The notes beneath the pieces were generated by a model, which worked only from the letters and a program-made list of their open reading frames with translations, was not told the DNA's origin and searched no databases. Positions 21,841 through 32,414 of a stretch of DNA of 64,000 nt are shown here, piece by piece; the stretch's first letter is position 1, and every line of letters begins with the position of its first letter. A program made the translations under genes and the position numbers. The stretch lies in the NCBI GenBank assembly GCA_965215365.1, contig CBDCDS010000003.1, positions 2,080,001 through 2,144,000 on the forward strand, in the 5' to 3' direction. The DNA is from Gammaproteobacteria bacterium. GTDB lineage: Bacteria; Pseudomonadota; Gammaproteobacteria; Eutrophobiales; Eutrophobiaceae.

Positions 21841-22553
21841 GTGGCCTTGACCAGTTGTTCCGAGGTGCGCCCGAAGCGGCGTTGCCGACGCACGTAGGCG
21901 TCCAGCGCCCGGTCAAGCTCGGCGGCATCAAAGTCCGGCCAATAAACGTCGCTGAAATACAGCTCCGTATAGGCCAGTTGCCACAGCAGAAAATTGCTTG
22001 CCCGCAACTCTCCACCGGTACGGATGAACAGGTCGGGATAGTCCGGCAGTTGCAAATGGGAACGCAGAGCTTGTTCGGTAATGTCGGCGGCGGCGCGCCC
22101 CTGCTCGTTCAGTTCGATGAAGAGTTTTCTGCAGGCGGATACAAGTTCCCCACGGCCGCCGTAATTGATGGCTATAACAAGCTGTAACCCGCCATTGCCG
22201 GCGGTGTCGCGCGCGGCGCTGCCTACCAGTTCCTGTAATTCAGCCGGGAACGCGGAAATATCACCAATAAATTTCAGCCTGACGTTGTTGCTGTTCAACT
22301 CGTCCATTTCGCTACTCAGCGAAGCCATAAACAACTCTATCAACAGGCCAACTTCCGCGTCCGGGCGCTGCCAGTTCTCACTGCTGAAAACATACACGGT
22401 AAGCATTTTGATGCCCCGACGCACGCTGTGTCTGACCGTGGCGCGCAACGCGTCGATACCGGCCCGGTGACCGGCTGCGCGCGGCAGACCCTTGTTCTTT
22501 GCCCACCTGCCGTTGCCATCCATGACGATGGCGACATGCGCCGGCAGACTCAA
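21837..22553 (-). CDS. uppS: Undecaprenyl diphosphate synthase
   Basis: [35 protein letters not shown]. Confidence 0.97.
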   Translation of the reverse strand: MSLPAHVAIVMDGNGRWAKNKGLPRAAGHRAGIDALRATVRHSVRRGIKMLTVYVFSSENWQRPDAEVGLLIELFMASLSSEMDELNSNNVRLKFIGDISAFPAELQELVGSAARDTAGNGGLQLVIAINYGGRGELVSACRKLFIELNEQGRAAADITEQALRSHLQLPDYPDLFIRTGGELRASNFLLWQLAYTELYFSDVYWPDFDAAELDRALDAYVRRQRRFGRTSEQLVKAT

Positions 22554-23107
22554 ACCTCCATCAACTCCATTTCTTTCTCCTCAAGTATCCGCTCCACATC
22601 CTTGACGTGGGCATCCGTAAGTTGCTGTATGTGTCCCTCGTGCCGGCGCTCATCATCCTCGGTAATGAGCTTTTCCTTCAACATTTCCTTGACGTTGTGG
22701 TTGGCGTCGCGGCGGATGTTACGGAGCGCGACCCTGGCATGTTCTGCTTCGGTACGCACCAGTCGGGTTAACTCTTTCCTGCGTTCTTCGGTCAGCGCCG
22801 GCAGTGGCACGCGGATAACATTGCCGGCAGTCACCGGGTTCAGCCCCAGATCAGAGTCACGTATCGCTTTTTCGACCTCCGTCACGGTGTTCCGGTCCCA
22901 GGGCGTCACCCCCAGGGTGCGCGCATCTAGCACGCTGATATTGGCGGTCTGGTTCAGCGGCGTTTTGCTGCCGTAATAATTGACGGGCAGGTGTTCCAGC
23001 AGGCTTGGATGTGCGCGTCCGGTACGAATTTTTGCCAGATCGTTGTCTAGCGCCTTGAGCGTCTTGTCCATACGCGTCTCAGCATCTTTGATAATGTCTT
23101 CAATCAT
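22550..23107 (-). CDS. frr: Ribosome recycling factor
   Basis: [31 protein letters not shown]. Confidence 0.97.
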   Translation of the reverse strand: MIEDIIKDAETRMDKTLKALDNDLAKIRTGRAHPSLLEHLPVNYYGSKTPLNQTANISVLDARTLGVTPWDRNTVTEVEKAIRDSDLGLNPVTAGNVIRVPLPALTEERRKELTRLVRTEAEHARVALRNIRRDANHNVKEMLKEKLITEDDERRHEGHIQQLTDAHVKDVERILEEKEMELMEV

Positions 23108-23123
23108 TTTTTGTCTGGCATGG

Positions 23124-23849
23124 TTAAGCACTGACCAGGGTGCCCTCCGGCAGCCCCGTCGCGGCGCGCAGCAGCGCGCCAGGTTGCATCATATTCAACA
23201 CCCGCAGCGGCATGTTGTTCTCGCGGCACAGTACGATGGCAGTCGTATCCATGACCGCCAGCTTGCGCTCAATCACCTCATCATAACCCAAAACGTCGAA
23301 ACGTATCGCCGATTTATCCTGCATGGGGTCTGCGGAATAGATGCCGTCCACCTTAGTCGCCTTGATCAACAGGTCTGCATCGATTTCGACGGCGCGCAGG
23401 CTGGCGGCAGAATCGGTGGTAAAAAAGGGATTGCCGGTGCCGGCGGCAAAAATCACCACGCGCCCCTTCTCCAAGTGACGCACCGCCCGCCGCCTGATGT
23501 AATCTTCGCACACCTCATTGATCTTGAGGGCCGACATGACCCGGGCAAAAGAGCCAAGCTGCTCTAAGGCATCCTGCAACGCCAAGGAATTCATGATAGT
23601 GGCCAACATCCCCATGTGGTCGGCGCTGACCCGGTCGATGCCGGCCGCAGCCAACCCGGACCCGCGGAAAAAATTCCCCGCGCCCAGTACCAGGGCCACC
23701 TGGGCGCGCTGTTGGCTCAGCTCACGAATTTCGCCGGCGAGACGCTTTATGGTAGCGGGATCAATGCCGTAAGCGGCATCGCCCATCAAGGCTTCGCCGC
23801 TCAGCTTTATCAGAATTCTTCGATAACGCAGTTCTGCAAGCTCAGGCAA
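23124..23849 (-). CDS. pyrH: UMP kinase
   Basis: [28 protein letters not shown]. Confidence 0.97.
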   Translation of the reverse strand: MPELAELRYRRILIKLSGEALMGDAAYGIDPATIKRLAGEIRELSQQRAQVALVLGAGNFFRGSGLAAAGIDRVSADHMGMLATIMNSLALQDALEQLGSFARVMSALKINEVCEDYIRRRAVRHLEKGRVVIFAAGTGNPFFTTDSAASLRAVEIDADLLIKATKVDGIYSADPMQDKSAIRFDVLGYDEVIERKLAVMDTTAIVLCRENNMPLRVLNMMQPGALLRAATGLPEGTLVSA

Positions 23850-23856
23850 GACTCCG

Positions 23857-24750
23857 TCACCCCTCGCTCAGTCCGGCTTGCTGCATGACTTCGGCAGCGA
23901 AGTTGTCTTCTTTTTTCTCCAGTCCTTCACCCACCTCATACCTGACGAAACCGTTGACCACAGCATTGTGTTTCTTTAGCAGTGCCGCGATGGTAACGTC
24001 GGGGTCCTTCACGAAGGCCTGACCCAGTAAGGTATTCTCCTGTAAGAACTTTTGCATGCGGCCGCTGACCATCTTCTCAACGATGGCGTCCGGCTTGCCT
24101 GATTGTGCCGCCTGGGCCAGCTGAATATCCCGCTCCTTAGCCAGCACCTCCGCCGGCACCTCCTGTGCCGCCACACACAGCGGGCTGGCGGCGGCGATGT
24201 GCATGGCCAGGTCTTTGGCGAGGTCGGCATTGTCCACGGACAAGTCCACCACGACGCCGATGCGGATACCGTGTACATAAATGCCCAGCGCGCCGCCGGG
24301 GCTCTGCTGCAGCCGGGCATGGCGCCGCACGCTGATGTTCTCTCCCAGCTTGGTCACCAGTTCCTGTCTGGCGTCTTCCGCCGCTTGCGCGCCACCGTTC
24401 AGGGACACCGCCGCGTACGCCCCGGGCGTTTCATCGCCCTGCTCCAGCAAGGCTCCGGCAAGACTGTGCGCGAAGCCCTGGAAGTTTTCGTCGCGAGCAA
24501 CGAAGTCAGTCTCGCAATTCACTTCCAGCACCAGCGCCCGGCTGTCGTTTTCAGCCGCGGCGATGACGATGGTTCCTTCGGCGGCGATACGTCCGGCTTT
24601 CTTGGCGGCCTTGGCCACGCCGGATTTGCGCATCGCTTCGATTGCCGCTTCAATATCACCGGCAGTCTCCTGCAACGCCTTTTTGCAATCCATCATGCCA
24701 GCGCCGGTGCGCTCTCTTAGTTCTTTTACCATGGAAGCTGTAATTTGCAT
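23857..24750 (-). CDS. tsf: Elongation factor Ts
   Basis: [29 protein letters not shown]. Confidence 0.98.
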   Translation of the reverse strand: MQITASMVKELRERTGAGMMDCKKALQETAGDIEAAIEAMRKSGVAKAAKKAGRIAAEGTIVIAAAENDSRALVLEVNCETDFVARDENFQGFAHSLAGALLEQGDETPGAYAAVSLNGGAQAAEDARQELVTKLGENISVRRHARLQQSPGGALGIYVHGIRIGVVVDLSVDNADLAKDLAMHIAAASPLCVAAQEVPAEVLAKERDIQLAQAAQSGKPDAIVEKMVSGRMQKFLQENTLLGQAFVKDPDVTIAALLKKHNAVVNGFVRYEVGEGLEKKEDNFAAEVMQQAGLSEG

Positions 24751-24807
24751 ATTATCCTCACTACTTTGTATCTGAACCCTGACCCCACCCGTCCTGCCGG
24801 CACCCGT

Positions 24808-26109
24808 TTATTGTGCCGGCCACCCATACTTTTTCAGGCTGACGTTGCCGCTGTCAAGAAAGACAACGCCCTCACCTCGGAGCAAGCGCCGTTGCTCTGA
24901 GGCCGGCCCGGCGCTTGTTCTAATTTCGCCTTTGCTACCAATGATTCTATACCAAGGCGCATCCGGCAGGTCTCGTAACGCCTCGCCCACTCTCTTTGCG
25001 CCCTGTACAGGATTCGGTGCCCCGGCCAGCTCTGCGACTTGCTTATAGGTTGCGACCCGCCCTGTTGGCACCTTGCTCACAGCCGCGGCGATAGCGCTCT
25101 CCCAACCAACCTCGGCTTCACCTGCGACAACCGGCGCCACTTCTTTCTGTTCAGCATCACTATCTGCCGCGACTGGCTGTGCCTGCTCTGGAGCGGGTTT
25201 TGCCGCGGCGGGTTCTGCCTCAACCGGCGCCGTTTCGGCAGCTTCTGCCGCAGCGGGCTCTGCCGCGGCTGGCTCTGCCTGTTTCTCCACCCGGCGCGTC
25301 GCCTTCTTCTTCACTTGGACTTTTTCCTTTGGCGGCGCTTTTTTCTGCTTGTGCCTGGGCAGCGGCGCGCCTTCGGCATCGAGTTCGATGAACTCGTCTT
25401 TGTCGCCGCCTTCACCAAGGTGTGCGACGGAGTCCTTGCCGTTAATAATGGCGTCGGCCACAGCTTTGGTATAAAGCTTGATGGAGCGGATGGCGTCATC
25501 ATTGCCGGGAATCACGTAATCGACGCCGTTCGGGCTGTTATTGCTATCTACCACGCCAACCACGGGGATCTTGAGTTTTACCGCTTCGCTGACTGCGATA
25601 TCCTCATAGCCCACGTCAATAATGAATAATGCGTCCGGCCAGCCGTCCATATCCTTGATGCCGGACATGTTGCGCTCCAGTTTGTCGAGTTCCCGTTGCA
25701 ACTGTAAGGCCTCTTTCTTGCTTAACCGGGCCATGCCGCCGTTGGTTTTCATTTCCTCCAGTTCACGCAGGCGGTTAATGGACTGCTTCACTGTCTTGTA
25801 GTTGGTCAGCAAGCCGCCCAGCCAGCGCAGGTTGACGTAAGGCATGCCGCAGCGTTCCGCCTCTTCCCGGATGGCTTGCTGCGCCGCGCGCTTGGTGCCT
25901 ACAAACAGTATCTTGCCCTTGTTTGCAGACAGCTTGCTGACATAATTCAAGGCTTCCTGGAACAGGACTTTGGTCTGTTCCAGATCGATAATATGGATTT
26001 TATTGCGGTGGCCGTACAGATAAGAGGCCATTTGCGGATTCCAGTAGCGGGTCTGGTGGCCAAAATGGACCCCCGCTTCCAGCATTTCGCGCATGCTGAT
26101 GTCTGACAT
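24808..26109 (-). CDS. rpsB: 30S ribosomal protein uS2 with a C-terminal fused alkyltransferase-like (MGMT-family) domain
   Basis: [14 protein letters not shown] and PGNDDAIRS uS2 core (~aa 1-230); K/A/E/P-rich linker; then [15 protein letters not shown]...VG.AL...PWYRII..G....QRRLL..EGV; one uninterrupted ORF. Confidence 0.95.
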   Translation of the reverse strand: MSDISMREMLEAGVHFGHQTRYWNPQMASYLYGHRNKIHIIDLEQTKVLFQEALNYVSKLSANKGKILFVGTKRAAQQAIREEAERCGMPYVNLRWLGGLLTNYKTVKQSINRLRELEEMKTNGGMARLSKKEALQLQRELDKLERNMSGIKDMDGWPDALFIIDVGYEDIAVSEAVKLKIPVVGVVDSNNSPNGVDYVIPGNDDAIRSIKLYTKAVADAIINGKDSVAHLGEGGDKDEFIELDAEGAPLPRHKQKKAPPKEKVQVKKKATRRVEKQAEPAAAEPAAAEAAETAPVEAEPAAAKPAPEQAQPVAADSDAEQKEVAPVVAGEAEVGWESAIAAAVSKVPTGRVATYKQVAELAGAPNPVQGAKRVGEALRDLPDAPWYRIIGSKGEIRTSAGPASEQRRLLRGEGVVFLDSGNVSLKKYGWPAQ

Positions 26110-26210
26110 ACAATTACACTCCGAACAGGGTTAAGCTGCCGCACATCACGCATATTGCCCGGAGCTCCGGGACCCTGATATGCGCTTAACCAATGTGCGT
26201 GTGGATTTAC
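26110..26210 (-). promoter_or_regulatory. rpsB 5' leader (t44/S2 autoregulatory RNA-like)
   Basis: Minus strand reads CACACGCACAT...GCGCATAT CAGGGT CCCGGAGCTCCGGG CAATATGCGT GATGTGCG..TTAACCC; nested stems in the position of the gammaproteobacterial S2 leader. Confidence 0.7.
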
Positions 26211-26220
26211 TTGTGTTTAC

Positions 26221-26240
26221 GGCAGGCACTTTATAACATA
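26221..26240 (-). promoter_or_regulatory. rpsB extended -10 promoter with GC-rich discriminator
   Basis: Minus strand TGTTATAAAGTGCCTGCC (TGnTATAAA followed by a GC-rich stretch), the known layout of rpsB promoters. Confidence 0.7.
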
Positions 26241-26276
26241 GAAACCTGCAAACGACAACTTTTCCTCGCTTGATTT

Positions 26277-27044
26277 ATGGCAATTTCTCTGAAAACTCCC
26301 GCTGAGATCGACAAAATGCGCGTGGCTGGCGCGCTGGCGGCGTCGGTGCTGGACATGGTGGGAACCCATGTCCGGGCCGGTGTCACCACCGCCGAACTCG
26401 ATAAAATCTGCCACGACTACATCGTTGAGGAACTAAAGGCCACTCCGGCACCGCTGAACTATCGCGGCTTTCCCCGCTCTATCTGCACCTCGGTCAACCA
26501 TGTGGTCTGCCACGGCATTCCCGGCAACAAGCGCTTGCGCAACGGCGACATCATGAATATCGACATTACCGTCATCAAGGACGGGTATCATGGCGATACC
26601 AGCAAGATGTTCTGTGTCGGCCAGCCATCGATACGGGCCAGACGGCTGGTGCAGACTACGCGGGAGTGCCTGCTGCTCGGTATCGGCATGGTCAGGCCGG
26701 GCGTGCGCCTGGGCGACATAGGTCACGCCATCCAGTCCTACGCCGAAGCCAGACAGTTCTCCGTGGTGCGGGAATACTGCGGCCACGGCATTGGCCGACA
26801 GTTCCACGAAGACCCGCAGGTGCTGCACTATGGCGTGCCCGGCACCGGCGTCACCCTGGAACCGGGTATGACGTTTACCATAGAACCCATGATCAACGCC
26901 GGCAAACGCTATGTCAAACAGTTGCCCGACAACTGGACCGTAGTCACCAAGGATCGCTCCCTGTCGGCGCAGTGGGAACACACCTTGCTGGTTACCGCGG
27001 ACGGCCATGAAGTCCTGACCCGGCGCCCGGAAGAGGAGCTCTGA
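26277..27044 (+). CDS. map: Methionine aminopeptidase type I
   Basis: CTSVNHVVCHGIP, DGYHGDTS, GHGIG..FHE.P, FTIEPM, AQWEHT. Confidence 0.98.
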   Translation: MAISLKTPAEIDKMRVAGALAASVLDMVGTHVRAGVTTAELDKICHDYIVEELKATPAPLNYRGFPRSICTSVNHVVCHGIPGNKRLRNGDIMNIDITVIKDGYHGDTSKMFCVGQPSIRARRLVQTTRECLLLGIGMVRPGVRLGDIGHAIQSYAEARQFSVVREYCGHGIGRQFHEDPQVLHYGVPGTGVTLEPGMTFTIEPMINAGKRYVKQLPDNWTVVTKDRSLSAQWEHTLLVTADGHEVLTRRPEEEL

Positions 27045-27055
27045 CTTAATCAGAA

Positions 27056-29698
27056 ATGACGTCGGTGTCTATTGACAAAGCACTGCTGTTCGATAAAGCC
27101 ATGCTGGCGGGAGGCGGCGCGTCGGCAAACTGTTTCCGGGAAGCGTTGCAACGCGGGGACGACTACCTGGATCAGCGCTTTGCCGCCGGCGCTCCGATCC
27201 GGGATGTCATCTACCAACGCGCCTGGCTGGTTGACCAGTTGTTGAGTCATGCCTGGCAGGCTCATATCGACAGTGACGCCATGGCACTGGTTGCCACAGG
27301 CGGTTACGGACGCAGGGATTTACTGCCGCACTCGGATGTGGACCTGTTGCTGCTGCTCAAGCCGCACGCGCAAAAGCGCCTTAAGCCCGGCATTGAAGCC
27401 TTGCTCGCGTTCCTCTGGGACACGGGCCTGGAGGTGGGGCATAGTGTGCGCACAGTGAAGGATTGTGTGCGCGAGGCAAAAGCCGATATCACCATTGCCA
27501 CCAACCTCATGGAAGCCAGACTGATTACCGGCAACCGGGAATTATTTAACACCATGCTCGACCGGACCGGCCCCGCCAACATCTGGCCGTCCAGAAAATT
27601 CTTTGCCGCCAAGTGGGAAGAACAGCAGGCGCGTCACCGTAAATTCCACGATACTGAATATAACCTGGAACCCAACGTCAAAGAAGGCCCGGGCGGGTTG
27701 CGCGACATCCAGACCATCGGCTGGGTCGCCAAACGCCATTTCGGCGCCGAACGTCTGAGGGAACTGGTTAAACATCGCTTCCTGACGCAAGCGGAATATG
27801 ACAGCCTGACCCGGGGCAATAATTTTCTCTGGCAGGTACGCTATGCCTTACACCGGGTTTGTGGCCGGCGAGAGGAGCGCCTGTTGTTCGATCATCAGAA
27901 AACCGTGGCCGCCAGATTCGGCTATCGCGCCGCGGATAACTCAGGCGTGGAACAGTTTATGAAAACCTATTACCAGACGGTCAAGGAAATCAGCCGTTTG
28001 AACGAAATGCTGTTGCAGCATTTCCAGGAAGAAATCATCTACTCGCAGCGGCGGGAAAAATTGCGGCCATTGAACAAGCGCTTTCGCGCCAGAAACGATT
28101 TTATCGAGGTAACCCACCGTCAGGTCTTCAAACGACACCCGCTGGCCCTGCTGGAGATATTCCTGCTGCTGCAACAAAACCGTAAGTTGCGCGGCGTCCG
28201 GGCCAGCACGATCAGGCTGATCCGTGAATCGCTGCATCTGATCGACGCCGACTTTCGGCGCGACCTAGGCAGCCAGACCCTGTTCCTGGAGATCATCCGC
28301 CAGCCGCGCTGGGTCGGACATGAGTTGCGGCGCATGCACAAATACGGCGTGCTGGGCGCGTATATGCCCGAATTTGCCCAGGTGGAAGGGCTGATGCAGT
28401 TCGATCTGTTCCATGTTTACACGGTGGATGAGCATATCCTGTTTGTCATCCGCAACATGCGCTGGTTCGGCCTAGACGAATACCGACAAAAGTTTCCCCT
28501 GTGCCGACAGGCTCTGGAACAGGTGCCTAAACAGGAATTGCTGTATCTTGCCGGCATGTTCCACGACTTGGCCAAAGGCCGGGACGGCGATCATTCCAGT
28601 CTGGGCGCCGCTGAGGCCCTGGCTTTCTGCCAACGGCACCACTTAAGCGAATACGACGCGCAACTGGTAGCCTGGCTGGTGGAACATCATCTGCTGATGT
28701 CCAAAACCGCGCAGCGCGAAGATATCAGCGACCCGGAGGTCATTAACCGCTTCGCCCGCAAAGTGGGCGACATTATTCACCTGAACTATCTCTACCTGCT
28801 GACAGTCGCCGACATCAACGGCACCAACCCGGCGCTGTGGAACAGCTGGAAAGATTCTCTGTTCGCCAACCTGTACCGCACTACCCTGGGGGCGTTACGG
28901 CGCGGATTGGAAAACCCGATCAACAAGGCTGAGCTGATTGCGGACACAAAGACCCGCGCCCGCACGATTATTAACGACGAACGCCGGCGCGCGGTCGATA
29001 CCGGGCTGGTCTGGTCTCAGCGCAGCGACGATTATTTCCTGCGTTATTCCGCCTCGGAAATTGCCTGGCACACCGCGTCCATTCCAGCAACCAGTGCGCA
29101 ACGCCTGCCCCTGATCCTGCTGCGGGAAGAAACCGAACGCGGCGCTACCGCATTGTTCATCTACATGCACGATCACGACAACATTTTCTCGCACATCTCC
29201 CAGACCCTGGACCTGCTGAACCTGAATGTAGTCGATGCCCGGGTTATGAATTCCACCCACGGTTACACACTGGATACGTTCAGTGTGCTGGAAAAATCCG
29301 GCGCGGTAGTGACCGGCCGCACCCGCAAAAAGGAAATTACCGATACCCTGCGCCGCAATCTGACCTCATTGCAGCGACCGCTGAAGCGCATAGAGCGCAT
29401 CAGGTCGCGCCGCCTGCAACATTTCTCCGTCCCCGTGCGCGTCGATTTCAGCATTGACACCAAGAACGCACGCAACGTCATGGAAGTCAGCGCCAGAGAC
29501 CGCCCCGGCTTCCTGTCTGCAGTCGGTCTGGCGCTGCAACACTGCGGCGCCCGCGTACAATCAGCAAAAATCGCCACCTACGGCGAACGCGTGGAAGACC
29601 TGTTCTACATCACCGACCGCAACAACCGGCTCATCACGGATGAAACCCGACTGAAATGCCTGAGTGACACCATCACGGCCTCCCTGGGCATGGGTTAA
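27056..29698 (+). CDS. glnD: PII uridylyltransferase/uridylyl-removing enzyme
   Basis: GGYGR..L.PHSDVD, LEPNVKEGPGGLRD, FHVYTVDEH, FHD.AKG, C-terminal ACT domains (DRPG). Confidence 0.97.
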   Translation: MTSVSIDKALLFDKAMLAGGGASANCFREALQRGDDYLDQRFAAGAPIRDVIYQRAWLVDQLLSHAWQAHIDSDAMALVATGGYGRRDLLPHSDVDLLLLLKPHAQKRLKPGIEALLAFLWDTGLEVGHSVRTVKDCVREAKADITIATNLMEARLITGNRELFNTMLDRTGPANIWPSRKFFAAKWEEQQARHRKFHDTEYNLEPNVKEGPGGLRDIQTIGWVAKRHFGAERLRELVKHRFLTQAEYDSLTRGNNFLWQVRYALHRVCGRREERLLFDHQKTVAARFGYRAADNSGVEQFMKTYYQTVKEISRLNEMLLQHFQEEIIYSQRREKLRPLNKRFRARNDFIEVTHRQVFKRHPLALLEIFLLLQQNRKLRGVRASTIRLIRESLHLIDADFRRDLGSQTLFLEIIRQPRWVGHELRRMHKYGVLGAYMPEFAQVEGLMQFDLFHVYTVDEHILFVIRNMRWFGLDEYRQKFPLCRQALEQVPKQELLYLAGMFHDLAKGRDGDHSSLGAAEALAFCQRHHLSEYDAQLVAWLVEHHLLMSKTAQREDISDPEVINRFARKVGDIIHLNYLYLLTVADINGTNPALWNSWKDSLFANLYRTTLGALRRGLENPINKAELIADTKTRARTIINDERRRAVDTGLVWSQRSDDYFLRYSASEIAWHTASIPATSAQRLPLILLREETERGATALFIYMHDHDNIFSHISQTLDLLNLNVVDARVMNSTHGYTLDTFSVLEKSGAVVTGRTRKKEITDTLRRNLTSLQRPLKRIERIRSRRLQHFSVPVRVDFSIDTKNARNVMEVSARDRPGFLSAVGLALQHCGARVQSAKIATYGERVEDLFYITDRNNRLITDETRLKCLSDTITASLGMG

Positions 29699-29709
29699 AG
29701 TGTGGACTC

Positions 29710-31188
29710 CTACTCATCATTCTCTGGCAATTTAAGCGCCAGAAAGGTTGGCGCACCGCCTCGTTGAATGAGGATGGGGAGCGAGCGGTTGCGGGGGAGC
29801 TCGGCCAACAGTTGCTCAAATTGCGATACGTCGGCGACCTCTTCGTTGTTCATCATCAGGATTACGTCACCCCGGCGTATGCCGGCAGCGCGGCCCGGGC
29901 CTGGCATGACGTTTGCCACCATGACACCGCCTGCCGGCAGGTCCAGTTTTGCTCTCTGCGCGTCAGTCAGGTTGCGTACTAGGACTTTCATTGCATTGAC
30001 CGGTGCGGCACGCGAGTCAGGGTTCCGGGCGCTGGCCAGCTGGTTCTCTTCGGGCAATTCGGCAATCAGCACCTTGAGTGTTTTACGCGCACCGGCGCGC
30101 ATGACTTTTAGCGGCACCCTGGTATTGATTTTGCTGTTCCCTACCAGCGGTGGCAGGTCCGCTGAAAACGCGATGCCGGTGCCGTCATACTCGACGATGA
30201 CATCGCCCACTTCAATGCCGGCGGCAGCTGCGGGGCTGTCGGGCAACACCTGTGCCACCAACGCGCCATGCGGCTTGTCCATGGCAAAAGATTCGGCCAG
30301 CTCCCGGGTGACATCCTGGATCAGCACGCCGAGCCAGCCGCGGCTCACGCGCCCGGATTCACGCAGCTGTGTATATACGTTGAGCACCACATCGATCGGC
30401 ACTGCGAAAGACAGGCCCATAAACCCACCGGTACGACTGTAGATCTGGGCATTGACTCCGACGACCTCGCCGTCCAGATTGAACAAGGGGCCGCCGGAAT
30501 TACCCGGGTTGATGGCGACATCGGTCTGGATGAAAGGAACGTAATTTTCGTTGGGCAGGCTTCTCCCTATGGCGCTGATGATGCCCTGCGTCACCGAATA
30601 GTCGAAGCCGAAAGGCGAACCGATGGCCAGCACCCACTCGCCTACTTCCAGATCAACGGAACTGCCCAGTTTGACTACCGGCAGGTCGTTGCCGTCAATT
30701 TTGAGTACGGCAATATCGCTGCGCCGGTCAGTACCGACTATCTCGGCGACAAATTCCCTGCGATCGTTGAGCCTGACAATAACTTCCCGGGCATCGGCGA
30801 CCACATGGTTATTGGTAATCACGTAACCGTCCGTGGAGATAATAAAGCCTGAACCCAGGGAAGCCGACTGTCGCGGCGGCGCGTCCGGGTTGCCGGGCGC
30901 CTGTTCTTCAAAGAACTTACGGAAAAAATCGTGAAACGGGCTGTCGTCAGGCAATTCGGGGATTTGCGGGCCTGCGGATGCCGGCGCCTCATCCTGTTTG
31001 GCAACAGTGCTGATATTGACGACTGCCGCAGAGTTCTCCCGCACCATGTCGGTGAAGTCCGGTAGCGGCGTGGCACCCGTCGAGGGGGCATGAAAGCAGA
31101 CAAGTAGTAGCAGGAAACAGCCGACGCGGTTAAGAGCGCCGCTAACAACAGTGCGAAGGGTCGTTACCGAGGTTGTTTTAACAATCAT
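29710..31188 (-). CDS. degP: DegP/MucD-type HtrA serine endoprotease with two PDZ domains (start uncertain)
   Basis: SLGSGFI, TNNHV, IQTDVAINPGNSGGPL; follows rseA as mucD does. Confidence 0.92.
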   Translation of the reverse strand: MIVKTTSVTTLRTVVSGALNRVGCFLLLLVCFHAPSTGATPLPDFTDMVRENSAAVVNISTVAKQDEAPASAGPQIPELPDDSPFHDFFRKFFEEQAPGNPDAPPRQSASLGSGFIISTDGYVITNNHVVADAREVIVRLNDRREFVAEIVGTDRRSDIAVLKIDGNDLPVVKLGSSVDLEVGEWVLAIGSPFGFDYSVTQGIISAIGRSLPNENYVPFIQTDVAINPGNSGGPLFNLDGEVVGVNAQIYSRTGGFMGLSFAVPIDVVLNVYTQLRESGRVSRGWLGVLIQDVTRELAESFAMDKPHGALVAQVLPDSPAAAAGIEVGDVIVEYDGTGIAFSADLPPLVGNSKINTRVPLKVMRAGARKTLKVLIAELPEENQLASARNPDSRAAPVNAMKVLVRNLTDAQRAKLDLPAGGVMVANVMPGPGRAAGIRRGDVILMMNNEEVADVSQFEQLLAELPRNRSLPILIQRGGAPTFLALKLPENDE

Positions 31189-31727
31189 TGGCAGGCCTCC
31201 TCCAGAGCGGTATTATCTGCTCGTTGCTCGGTCTGTTGCCGGCCTCTTTGCGGAAGCTCACATTCCTTGTTTGTCGTCACCGCGCCTGAACTCACCTGGC
31301 GCACCGGCGCCTTGACGTTGCCAGTGCCTACGCCTCCCGGCACAGCTTGTAGCAATGAGTCCCCGGAAACGTCATGGGGGACCTGCAACTGCTGCTGTTG
31401 TATGCCAAAGATGGCCAGCGCCGCAACAGAAGCAGCCAGGGCGAAACCGGTGACGGGTTTTACCAGCCTGGCAGGAACGCGTGTCGGTGCCAGGATTGTG
31501 GGTTCCTGTGCCAAGGATTTGGCAACCCTTGCGGACAGGTCGAGCTCTATCTGTGTCGGCATTTGTGCGGGCACCTGTTGTTGCAGGCAATCTGAAATCA
31601 GGTGGTAACGGGACCAGGTTTCCAGCAATTCGGGCTCCTGCAGCAATTCATCGATCAGTTCCCGTTGCCGCCCGCCGGCCTCACCATCCATTAACGCAGA
31701 CAACTGTTCTTTCGTCATTTCGTTCAT
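31185..31727 (-). CDS. rseA: Anti-sigma-E factor RseA/MucA
   Basis: EQLSALMDGE, W.RYHLI.D.L, L..EP..LAP, TM segment ALAASVA. Confidence 0.9.
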   Translation of the reverse strand: MNEMTKEQLSALMDGEAGGRQRELIDELLQEPELLETWSRYHLISDCLQQQVPAQMPTQIELDLSARVAKSLAQEPTILAPTRVPARLVKPVTGFALAASVAALAIFGIQQQQLQVPHDVSGDSLLQAVPGGVGTGNVKAPVRQVSSGAVTTNKECELPQRGRQQTEQRADNTALEEACQ

Positions 31728-31732
31728 AACAC

Positions 31733-32311
31733 TCAGTCGTTCAGTAAGGGCTCTATCTGTTTGTTCACCGCTTCCCTGGCCCGGAAGATACGGGAGCGCA
31801 CCGTACCGACGGGACAATCCATGGCTGTGGCAATTTCTTCGTAGCTCAAACCGTCAATTTCGCGCAAGGTGATGGCCGCACGCAAATCTGCCGGCAGCTC
31901 TTCAATAGTCGTTATTATTGTCTCCTGAAGTTCGTGGGTAAGCAACATGCGCTCAGGCGTCGTCTGGTCCTTTAGAGTGTCGCTGGTATCGATTTGTTCC
32001 ATGTCGTCGAAATCTTCTGCCGCATCGAGCGCGCACCGCTCTGCTGAGGCTAGATAATTTTTCGCAGTATTGATCGCGATCCGGTAAAGCCAGGTATAAA
32101 ATGCACTATCACCGCGAAACCCGGGCAAGGCCCGGTAGGCCTTGATAAAGGTTTCCTGCGCCACATCGCCAGCGTCACCGGGTTCGCGTACGTAACGGGA
32201 TACCAGACCCAGAATTTTGCCCTGATACTTTAACACCAACGCATCGAAGGCCTTCTTGTCGCCGCGCTTTACCCGGTCTATAAGTATCTGGTCTGGTGTG
32301 TTACGTTCCAT
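31733..32311 (-). CDS. rpoE: RNA polymerase sigma factor RpoE
   Basis: DVAQETFIKAYRAL..FRGDSAFYTWLYRIAINTAKN, GLSYEEIA..M.CPVGTVRSRIFRARE. Confidence 0.97.
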   Translation of the reverse strand: MERNTPDQILIDRVKRGDKKAFDALVLKYQGKILGLVSRYVREPGDAGDVAQETFIKAYRALPGFRGDSAFYTWLYRIAINTAKNYLASAERCALDAAEDFDDMEQIDTSDTLKDQTTPERMLLTHELQETIITTIEELPADLRAAITLREIDGLSYEEIATAMDCPVGTVRSRIFRAREAVNKQIEPLLND

Positions 32312-32363
32312 AGTGGCAGTCAGCCGGGCGCACCGGTGTGCTCTGTCTGTACGTGGATGTAAC

Positions 32364-32392
32364 ATTATATTATCTTGTATCACGTATTGCAC
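32364..32392 (-). promoter_or_regulatory. Possible sigma70 promoter for rpoE
   Basis: Minus strand GTGCAA-N17-TATAAT in the AT-rich rpoE/nadB divergent spacer. Confidence 0.4.
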
Positions 32393-32414
32393 TCCAACTG
32401 ATGACATCCAACTG

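Noticed and set aside
24796-24820. GCCGGCAC-N9-GTGCCGGC hairpin at the rpsB stop as an intrinsic terminator
   Set aside because: No U-tract on the minus strand; may be a pause or processing site but is unsupported
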